Source: Candidatus Woesearchaeota archaeon (GTDB taxonomy: Archaea > Nanobdellota > Nanobdellia > Pacearchaeales > UBA284). Taken from it: a stretch of 61,409 bases of DNA. Within the stretch, counting starts at the first letter, position 1, and each line of letters opens with the position of its first letter. The notes beneath the pieces were generated by a model. It did no database searches, was not told where the DNA came from, and saw only the letters and a program-made list of their open reading frames with translations. Position numbers and translations under genes: made by a program. Shown piece by piece: positions 10,007 through 17,216 of the stretch. The stretch spans positions 1 to 61,409 of the forward strand of contig CAZCMN010000001.1 of the NCBI GenBank assembly GCA_964500015.1. Reading direction: 5' to 3'.

Positions 10007-11257
10007 TTACAAGTTTAAGGAATCAGATAATATAGCAGAAACCCTCTCCATCAAATTTTCCGGCAAATCAACCCTTATCTCTCGAGTTCTACCATACCTT
10101 CCCTTACTGATAACCTTAGCATTAATCAAGCCGAGCATATCAAACTCGGCAATTATATCTGAAACTCTTCTTTGAGTTAAAACTTCAACATCTGTTTTTA
10201 AACAAAAATCTTTGTAAAGATTGTAAGCATCTCCTGTAAAAATTTGGCCCTCACTTGAAATTCTAGTCTTTTTATGGAGCTCTAATATAGATAATAAGAC
10301 TAATTGAAATTGTTTTGGTTGATTCTCAACAGCAATAAGAACTTTATCAGCTTCAATCTTATCTTTAGCCTTATCAATATAATCTAGATTTATTTTTTTC
10401 TTGTTCTCTCTTTCAACTAATTCTCCTGCAATTCTTAATAAATCTAAAGCCCGTCTAGCATCTCCATGATCCCTAGCAGCGTATGCTGCACATTTTTCAA
10501 TAACTCCATCTCCAACTACTCCTTGCTTAAAAGCCTCTCCAGACCGATTCCTTAAAATATCTTGTAATTGCAAGGCATTATATGTTGAGAAGAAAATTTC
10601 TTCTTCACTTAAAGAACTTTTAACTCTCGGGTCTAATGAATCTAAAAATTTTAAATCATTTGAAATGCCGACCAAAGAGATCTGGGTTTGGGTTAATTCT
10701 GTATTCAGTCTAGTAAAGTTATATAAGAACTCATCTCCAATTCTTTTGACTGCTTGATCAATTTCATCAAGAATAATAATTACAATTTGTTTCTTAGAAT
10801 CAACTAAATCCACAAATCTTTTATATAGCTGGTCTGTTGGCAAGCCAGTTGCAGGAACTTTTCCGCCAAGTTTTTTAATAAGTTCAGCTAAAATCCTATA
10901 TTCAGTATCTGCAACCTTCCTTAACTTGCAATTAATAAAAGGCATCAATAAACCAGTCCCCTCTTGTTCAGCTTTTTTAATCAATTGATTTTTTAAGTAC
11001 TGAATTACAAGAGTTTTTCCTGTTCCAGTCAAACCATATATAAATAAATTTGAAGGTCTTTCAAGTCTTAAGCAGGGTGCGAGAATAGGAGCAATCTGAT
11101 TTATCTGTTTTTCTCTATGAAAAATAGATTCAGGAGTATAATTAGACTGTAAAACAAGTTTATTTTTGAAGAGGGTATGTTTAATAAAAGCATTAAAAAT
11201 AGTATCTACGGCATTCCCTACCCGGTCTATTCTTCTTTTTTCATTACCTCTTATCAT
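10007..11257 (-). CDS. cdc6: Orc1/Cdc6 replication initiator
   Basis: Walker A GLTGTGKT, Walker B ILDEID, C-terminal winged helix; heads the cdc6-DP1-DP2 operon (5-nt and 28-nt gaps). Confidence 0.95.
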   Translation of the reverse strand: MIRGNEKRRIDRVGNAVDTIFNAFIKHTLFKNKLVLQSNYTPESIFHREKQINQIAPILAPCLRLERPSNLFIYGLTGTGKTLVIQYLKNQLIKKAEQEGTGLLMPFINCKLRKVADTEYRILAELIKKLGGKVPATGLPTDQLYKRFVDLVDSKKQIVIIILDEIDQAVKRIGDEFLYNFTRLNTELTQTQISLVGISNDLKFLDSLDPRVKSSLSEEEIFFSTYNALQLQDILRNRSGEAFKQGVVGDGVIEKCAAYAARDHGDARRALDLLRIAGELVERENKKKINLDYIDKAKDKIEADKVLIAVENQPKQFQLVLLSILELHKKTRISSEGQIFTGDAYNLYKDFCLKTDVEVLTQRRVSDIIAEFDMLGLINAKVISKGRYGRTREIRVDLPENLMERVSAILSDSLNL

Positions 11258-11307
11258 CTAGCTAAAACAAAAATGAAATTTATAAATATTGTTGTCCTAA
11301 AGAAATT

Positions 11308-11337
11308 GGGTGGAGGGGTACGTTTCTCATGGAAAAA
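11308..11337 (+). promoter_or_regulatory. ORB-like element with G-string
   Basis: GGGTGGAGGGGTACGTTTCTCATGGAAAAA; G-run plus GTTTC..GGAAA dyad-like core. Confidence 0.35.
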
Positions 11338-11417
11338 TGATAACTTCTTTTTTTACTTAGCCTTTTTTCTTTTTTTTATCGAATATAAAAAAATCAAAAT
11401 GAGAAATTAATAACTAT

Positions 11418-11495
11418 ACTAATATAATATAATATAATATAATATATATTATATAATATATATATATTTATAAATATAAAATAAAATAAAATAAT
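11418..11495. repeat. A/T-only simple-repeat block (AATAT / TA / AAAAT units), candidate DNA unwinding element
   Basis: about 80 nt read directly without any G or C. Confidence 0.6.
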
Positions 11496-11541
11496 CAATT
11501 TTCCTTTATAAATCTTAACTCCTTTTCCATATGCAATCATA

Positions 11542-11560
11542 GGGGGTATCAGAAACCTGG
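11542..11560 (+). promoter_or_regulatory. ORB-like element with G-string
   Basis: GGGGGTATCAGAAACCTGG on the other side of the A/T block. Confidence 0.35.
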
Positions 11561-11711
11561 TTTTTTCTTGTTTTTTCATAAATTTTCTTTAATTTACTAT
11601 TTAAACCTAAAAAACAACAATCTACTTCAAATATACTATTTAAAGAGAGAAAAGTTTATAAATTAAAAACATCTAACATTTAGATTAAATAAAAACATAT
11701 TAACTAAAAAA

Positions 11712-11969
11712 ATGGTGCTTGAAAAGAAACCTGTAAAAGAAATTGTTGGAAAGCTTGTTGTAACCAAAGAGGGTAAAAAAATTGGATTAGTAAAAGATAT
11801 TTCTTTCGAAGCAAGAAGTGGAGAACTTATTCACATACTTGTCGCTTCACCAACAGCTTATGGCGCTTCGCTTAATGTAGAGACAAAGGATGGAGGACTC
11901 TTAGTTCCTTATTCAGCAATAATGGCAATTGGAGACTTTGTAGTGATTAGCGAAGAAGACATGAGATAA
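11712..11969 (+). CDS. PRC-barrel domain protein
   Basis: GKLVVTKEGKKIGLVKDISFE...GDFVVI pattern typical of small archaeal PRC-barrel proteins. Confidence 0.6.
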   Translation: MVLEKKPVKEIVGKLVVTKEGKKIGLVKDISFEARSGELIHILVASPTAYGASLNVETKDGGLLVPYSAIMAIGDFVVISEEDMR

Positions 11970-12005
11970 AGATAAATTCTTTTTTCCTTTTAAATTCACA
12001 GAAAA

Positions 12006-12476
12006 ATGATAATCGGTTTAAACTTTGATAAGGCTTTAATTGAAAAAAATTTCAATAAAGATAAACAAAAAGTTGCTAAAATAGGAACAAAAACCGATCT
12101 TGTTTCAATTGATGAAGAAAAAGTAGAAATTCCAAATAAAAAAGCCCTAAGAATAAGCTTTTCTTTTGGAATTTCTTATGATCCTAACCTAGCTAAAATC
12201 TCCATGAATGGTTCAATCCTTTATTTAGAGAATCCTGATAAAATCTCTGAAATACTTGATTCATGGAAAAAAAAGAATCTTTCTCGAGAACTAAGAATCG
12301 AATTTTTAAATTATATCCTGCTAAAATGCAACTTAAAAGCACTCTCTTTAGAAGATGATTTTAATCTTCCACCCCATATTCCAATGCCTAAGTTTCAGCC
12401 AAAAAAAGATCAATCAATTGCAAATTCAAAAAATTCCAAAGACAAAGAGCCTGCAAAAACCGATTACGCTGGTTAA
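12006..12476 (+). CDS. hypothetical protein
   Basis: 156-aa ORF co-oriented with the PRC-barrel gene; no motif recognised. Confidence 0.4.
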   Translation: MIIGLNFDKALIEKNFNKDKQKVAKIGTKTDLVSIDEEKVEIPNKKALRISFSFGISYDPNLAKISMNGSILYLENPDKISEILDSWKKKNLSRELRIEFLNYILLKCNLKALSLEDDFNLPPHIPMPKFQPKKDQSIANSKNSKDKEPAKTDYAG

Positions 12477-12579
12477 TTTTTCTTTCTTTTCTCCTTTTTC
12501 TTAATACAACACAACATAAACCTACAATCTCTCATATGCTATAAATTACTTCTATAAGGTTAATTTTCTTCTTTAAAAA

Positions 12580-13569
12580 TTAGAAAGGCACACAATTCTT
12601 CAAATAAAAATACTTTCCAGATGAAAAAACATTTTTTAAGCTGACCCTTAAGTCTTGTTGTTCTTTTGTCTTTCTCAGAGTATCGCAAAAATCACTTGAA
12701 CTTTCTAATTCAGGAACCCTATAATCTCCAAGAGTAAATTCAAGATCATATTTTTGTTCAGAAAAAGTAGAAAGAACTCCTCCTCCTGAAATGAAAAACT
12801 TTTCACTTCTCATTGCCCCATTTCCATCAAAAAATGTTAAGAGAATTGCAGCATTTCCCGGAAGTTTAGTAAAATACTCACATTTCTGAAACAAAGTCTG
12901 CAAGCTCTGAGTGTTTAATGCAATCACAATCGGAACATAAACTGGAGTAGGACACACATTTCCAGTATTAACTAATTTTCCGTTAACACAATTTTGTATT
13001 GTCTCCTTACTTCCATCATAACATATTTGAATGTTGTCTGAAAAACATGGACATATTTTACCCGTATTAATTAATCTTCCATTAATACAGTCTTGTGTTA
13101 CCAAAACACTCCCATCTTCGCAAGTTATAGTCATATTTCGAATACAAGGGCACACCTTTCCAGTATTACTCAATACACCATTCTCGCACAATTGAGTAAT
13201 AATCGCACTTCCACCCTCACACGAGATAGTTGTATTCGCGATGCACGGGCATATTTTTCCAGTATTAACTAAAATGCCATTATTACATTCCTGTGTTACA
13301 ATTATCTCTCCGTTACTGCACGATAAAGTAGTATCTATGGTACATTGTGGTTGTTTAGGTTCGTGATTAGATAAATCTACTTTAGAAATAACTTCTTGCC
13401 AAAATTCTTTTTGAAAAAGTTTCTCCCCAAATACCGAAACTCCAACAATCGCCAGTATAACCACAACTGCAATTACAATTAAATACCGCTTTTTCTTAAA
13501 TTTCTTCAGCGCATCACTTATCTCTCTCTTTTTTATCATATTCAAACGCTTTTTATTTTGGGCATGCAA
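12580..13569 (-). CDS. membrane-anchored protein with five tandem Cys-rich repeats
   Basis: N-terminal TM helix, then 5 copies of C..G....TQ.C.NG.L.NTGK.CPC. Confidence 0.6.
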   Translation of the reverse strand: MHAQNKKRLNMIKKREISDALKKFKKKRYLIVIAVVVILAIVGVSVFGEKLFQKEFWQEVISKVDLSNHEPKQPQCTIDTTLSCSNGEIIVTQECNNGILVNTGKICPCIANTTISCEGGSAIITQLCENGVLSNTGKVCPCIRNMTITCEDGSVLVTQDCINGRLINTGKICPCFSDNIQICYDGSKETIQNCVNGKLVNTGNVCPTPVYVPIVIALNTQSLQTLFQKCEYFTKLPGNAAILLTFFDGNGAMRSEKFFISGGGVLSTFSEQKYDLEFTLGDYRVPELESSSDFCDTLRKTKEQQDLRVSLKNVFSSGKYFYLKNCVPF

Positions 13570-13639
13570 AAAACAGCCCCTCGGTTTTTTAGCATGTTGC
13601 TATCTTATTCCTCGAATTCTTACTTTTTATACCTTAGCA

Positions 13640-13734
13640 CGCCCAGACCAGGAATCGAACCTGGATATCCTTGCGGAAAGCAGTTCTCTTGTTTTCAGTT
13701 CGAGACTGCCGGAGTACCTTTGTCCCATCTGGGC
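13640..13734 (-). tRNA. tRNA-Ser(CGA) with a candidate 13-nt intron at 37/38
   Basis: hand-folded: acceptor GCCCAGA/TCTGGGC, 3-bp D stem with GG loop, anticodon stem GCAGT/ACTGC, loop CTCGAA..A, long variable arm TCC-GCAA-GGA, T arm CCAGG-TTCGATT-CCTGG, discriminator G, no encoded CCA. Confidence 0.8.
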
Positions 13735-13757
13735 ATAATTCTTTTAGAAATCAAAAC

Positions 13758-14051
13758 TTAAATAGATTCTCTTTTTGCTTCTTTTTCATAAGAAATAAGG
13801 TCATGCGCCTCTCTGCTTGTTTTTCCTTTAAACCTAAATTTAAAAAACTGGCAACAATAATTCCACGAGAACCTTGCTATTCCCTCTCGTTTAACTTGTT
13901 TTATATGCCCTAATTCGTGTTTTTTTATCATCTTTTTAGGATTTTTGTTTTTATAAAAAATAAATGGGTAGATGGTAATGGCCATTATCTGAAATCCATA
14001 AATGATATCTAAAATTTTCAACCATCTACAATTAAAAAATTCTTTAGTCAT
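13758..14051 (-). CDS. small membrane protein with HExxH motif (metallopeptidase-like)
   Basis: TM helix followed by KKHELGHIKQ. Confidence 0.4.
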   Translation of the reverse strand: MTKEFFNCRWLKILDIIYGFQIMAITIYPFIFYKNKNPKKMIKKHELGHIKQVKREGIARFSWNYCCQFFKFRFKGKTSREAHDLISYEKEAKRESI

Positions 14052-14063
14052 TTTATAAATACC

Positions 14064-14270
14064 CTATCTAGTTAACATAGTTCTATGATAACGATCCAAC
14101 GCACAGTTATAATGGACTTGGTAAAAGAGCCTTTCGTTCCCATCTTTACAAAAGTATAAACTTGCCAGAGGAATGTCTCCCTGCTCGCCTATTGCACTCA
14201 TTTCGTCCCCCCAAATTTCAATTAGTCCTTCTTCTGAAAGCAATTCTTCATCTAATAAACCATTTGTCAT
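14064..14270 (-). CDS. hypothetical protein (68 aa, GC-richer)
   Basis: ORF only. Confidence 0.35.
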   Translation of the reverse strand: MTNGLLDEELLSEEGLIEIWGDEMSAIGEQGDIPLASLYFCKDGNERLFYQVHYNCALDRYHRTMLTR

Positions 14271-14276
14271 TTTTGA

Positions 14277-14984
14277 TTAAATACTTTTCAATTTTTTTAA
14301 CTTCCCAAACTTATAAACCTTATCTCCTAAAACAAAAACCTCAAAATCCCTGATGTTTTTTAAAAAAGGGCTTAACAATCTTTTCTTTCTAATATCACTT
14401 CCCTCAACTAAATTAAAAAAACTAGGCATAACAATTAATTTCTTGCTTTGATATTTTCCTAATAAGAAACATTTATACTTCTCTTGTTTAACAGAATCAC
14501 TCAATGAAAGAGCAGGATGACCGTGTCCTATAATTAAAACTTTAATTTTTTTATCCAGGATATCTAAAATAATCTCATCTCCATGTAAAATAGCAATTTT
14601 ACCTAAAACAAGATAATCTTTTGTTTTCAAACCCCTTTTTTCAGCAATTTTACCTAAAATATTATCATGATTTCCCCTAATTATAACAAGTTCAGCTTGT
14701 TTTTTTATTAAATCAATTAATTCTAGAGAGTCTTTCCATTCTTGATTAGAAATTCTCGAAAATTCATGTTTTAAATCCCCATTAATCACAACAATTTTAG
14801 GTTTTAATCTTAATAATTCTAAAACTTCTTTTTTAATCTCCGAAAACATAGATTTTGGAATTAACATTCCAGAATTAATCAGGGCATCTTCATATCCTAA
14901 ATGAAAATCTCCAAAAACAAGTACCTTTTCCTTCTTAATCCATAAAGCTTTTCCTTTTATCTCAATTCCCTTAATAATTTGCAT
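14277..14984 (-). CDS. metallophosphoesterase, SbcD/Mre11-related (MJ0037 / PdeM-like)
   Basis: GDFHLGYE, INGDLKHEF, RGNHDN, GHGHP phosphoesterase motifs. Confidence 0.75.
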   Translation of the reverse strand: MQIIKGIEIKGKALWIKKEKVLVFGDFHLGYEDALINSGMLIPKSMFSEIKKEVLELLRLKPKIVVINGDLKHEFSRISNQEWKDSLELIDLIKKQAELVIIRGNHDNILGKIAEKRGLKTKDYLVLGKIAILHGDEIILDILDKKIKVLIIGHGHPALSLSDSVKQEKYKCFLLGKYQSKKLIVMPSFFNLVEGSDIRKKRLLSPFLKNIRDFEVFVLGDKVYKFGKLKKLKSI

Positions 14985-15034
14985 AAAATCTAAAAGAAAA
15001 ATTACATAAAAAACTTTCTATTCTATTAAAATTA

Positions 15035-15442
15035 TTAATAAATCCACCAAACATGTCCCTCACTTAGACTTTTTTTAATTTTCTCCCTAACAACTCCAAA
15101 AAGAGGATATTCTGGAAAGTTATCCTCTCCATTTTGAACACTAACTTCTCCCCTTTCTTTGAGAATTCTTACTAAACCCTGCTCACTTTCTTTATCTAGT
15201 TCCATCTCTCCATCATGCTGTTTAAATCCCTCTTGACTTAAAGCAGTTCTTGTTTTTTCTAATTCTGCCCCAGTTTTTGGTTTCAGAAAAAAATAAAAAA
15301 CCGGTTCTCTTAAAAGTTTTCCTTTTCTTAAATGCCCAACTTCATAAAAACCATAACCAAAAATAAATTCTTGGGAGATAATTGCCCCATAGAAATATGG
15401 CTCAAAGTCTTCAGCCATATGAAATAACTCTAATTTAACCAT
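15035..15442 (-). CDS. hypothetical protein (135 aa)
   Basis: ORF with TATA-like box (rc CTTTTAAAG) upstream. Confidence 0.45.
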   Translation of the reverse strand: MVKLELFHMAEDFEPYFYGAIISQEFIFGYGFYEVGHLRKGKLLREPVFYFFLKPKTGAELEKTRTALSQEGFKQHDGEMELDKESEQGLVRILKERGEVSVQNGEDNFPEYPLFGVVREKIKKSLSEGHVWWIY

Positions 15443-15502
15443 TTTCTTTAAACCTCTTTTTGTAATCTAAACAATCTTTAAAAGAATTATGGTGATAAAA
15501 GT

Positions 15503-16465
15503 TTAGTCAAATAACACACTTAAACTTTCTCCAACAGCTTCCCTATAGATTGCTTCAGCTAACAACTCAGTCAAAGGAATAACTTCAACATGCTCTTTAT
15601 TTTGCTCTGGAAAAGTATTTCCAACGAAGATTTTGTCAATTATCTTTAATTTTTCAAAACCCTCTGTAAAGATTCCATGAGTAGCATAAACACATACCTT
15701 CTTAGCTCCCTGTTTTTTAAGAACTTCAGTACATCTTACTAAAGTATTTCCAGAATCAATGATATCCTCTGCAATAAAAACATTTTTTCCCTGAACATTC
15801 CCAATTATTTTGAATTCATCAACTTCTCCTGCCTTAGGCCTATGTTTTGAACCAATCGCGATCTCGCTTTTAATGCCATATTTCTCTAATCTCTTTGCAA
15901 AAGCATAAGCTAATTTAACAGAGCCAGCATCTGTTGCAGCTAAAACAAGATTATCTAATAACTCTGGATGATTTTCTTTTAAATAACTTGCAACAACAGG
16001 AAAACTTCTTAGATTATCTAAAGAAATATTATAAAACCCCTGTATTTGATCAGCATGTAAGTCTATTGTAACAACCCTATTAGCATACATAGAAATGCAA
16101 TCAGCAATCATCTTAGCTGTTAAAGCAACTCTTGATTCATCTTTTCTATCTTGCCTAGAGTATAATAAACAAGGCAGAATAACAGTAATTTCTTGTGCTC
16201 CAGCATTTTTTAATGCTTCTAATGTGGCTAATAATTCAAAAAACCAAGTTTCAGGGTGTTTTCCAGAATCATGCAAAAAGAAACAAGTATGTTTTCTGAC
16301 ATTTTCCTCAATTTTTATCTTCTTTTCTTTATTTCTAAAGCTTTTGATATTCACCCTAATAAGTTTAACATGAATTTTTTTCTGCAAATAATTTAAAATT
16401 TCTTCAGCAATTGCCCAAGACTTGCTTTCAGGGTCAGCTAAAAGAATAATTTGATCATTAATCAT
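15503..16465 (-). CDS. prs: ribose-phosphate pyrophosphokinase (PRPP synthetase)
   Basis: DLHADQIQGFY, ATDAGSVK, IAEDIIDSGNTL PRPP-binding loop. Confidence 0.9.
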   Translation of the reverse strand: MINDQIILLADPESKSWAIAEEILNYLQKKIHVKLIRVNIKSFRNKEKKIKIEENVRKHTCFFLHDSGKHPETWFFELLATLEALKNAGAQEITVILPCLLYSRQDRKDESRVALTAKMIADCISMYANRVVTIDLHADQIQGFYNISLDNLRSFPVVASYLKENHPELLDNLVLAATDAGSVKLAYAFAKRLEKYGIKSEIAIGSKHRPKAGEVDEFKIIGNVQGKNVFIAEDIIDSGNTLVRCTEVLKKQGAKKVCVYATHGIFTEGFEKLKIIDKIFVGNTFPEQNKEHVEVIPLTELLAEAIYREAVGESLSVLFD

Positions 16466-16523
16466 AAAAAATTAATTGTTCTCAAGTTTAAAAGGATTAT
16501 TATGAAATTTGACAAAGATTATT

Positions 16524-17195
16524 TTAAATTCTTGCTTCTAAATTAGCTATGGCTTTTACAAGTTCTCCAGGATTTCTAACATGTGCAGTTGGTTTTTCTG
16601 CAAGAAGAGCTGTTTCTGATTGATACCCCCAACTAACAGAGATAACTGGGACTTCAATAGAATGCGCAGCCCTTATATCTCTAACTTCATCTCCAACATA
16701 AACTAACCTATCTGGTGTCAATCTTTCTCTATTTAAGATTGATAACATCTTTGCCCCCTTTCCAAGAACCGGAACTCCAGCATAAACATGTCCTGAAAAA
16801 TGATCTGCCAAACCATTCCTATCTAAAAATAATCCAACATTTCTTGGAGAATTTGTGCTCATTATCCCAAACATATAGGAATTTTGTCTAGTTAACTCTT
16901 CAATAGCTTCATGTACTCCGGGATATGCTCTAAATTTATGAATCACTCGTCCCAATCGTTTTCTTCCCTCAGTAACTATTTTGGGTATTAACCACCAGGG
17001 AATGTTTAATTCTTTTCGAATATCACTTGGCCCTAATTCTCTTAATCTTCTTGCATCATCACGACTAATTCTTTTTAATTTAAGTTTTCTATACTTCTCA
17101 TTGAAGTAATCAATTACATCATTTGCAATACAAACAGAAACCTCAAATCCATTTGCTAATGGTCCATCAACATCAAACAAGACATAAAAACCCAT
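16524..17195 (-). CDS. HAD-superfamily hydrolase
   Basis: FDVDGPLANG (DxD motif I), MSTNS, GDEVRDI. Confidence 0.75.
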   Translation of the reverse strand: MGFYVLFDVDGPLANGFEVSVCIANDVIDYFNEKYRKLKLKRISRDDARRLRELGPSDIRKELNIPWWLIPKIVTEGRKRLGRVIHKFRAYPGVHEAIEELTRQNSYMFGIMSTNSPRNVGLFLDRNGLADHFSGHVYAGVPVLGKGAKMLSILNRERLTPDRLVYVGDEVRDIRAAHSIEVPVISVSWGYQSETALLAEKPTAHVRNPGELVKAIANLEARI

Positions 17196-17216
17196 TAAAC
17201 TAAATAAAAAACAAAG

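Larger units (their letters stand above)
11258..11711. other. candidate chromosomal replication origin (oriC)
   Basis: 454-bp non-coding AT-rich region between divergent cdc6 and a plus-strand gene; contains a pure A/T block flanked by G-string elements. Confidence 0.6.

Noticed and set aside
11177-11579. ORFs 11177..11410 and 11394..11579 inside the cdc6 upstream region
   Set aside because: Their translations are dominated by I/Y/N/F from the A/T-only repeat block. The region is better explained as origin and promoter DNA.
13558-13913. ORFs 13558..13761 and 13671..13913
   Set aside because: They overlap the well-folding tRNA-Ser gene and the antisense strand of 13758..14051, so they are spurious.
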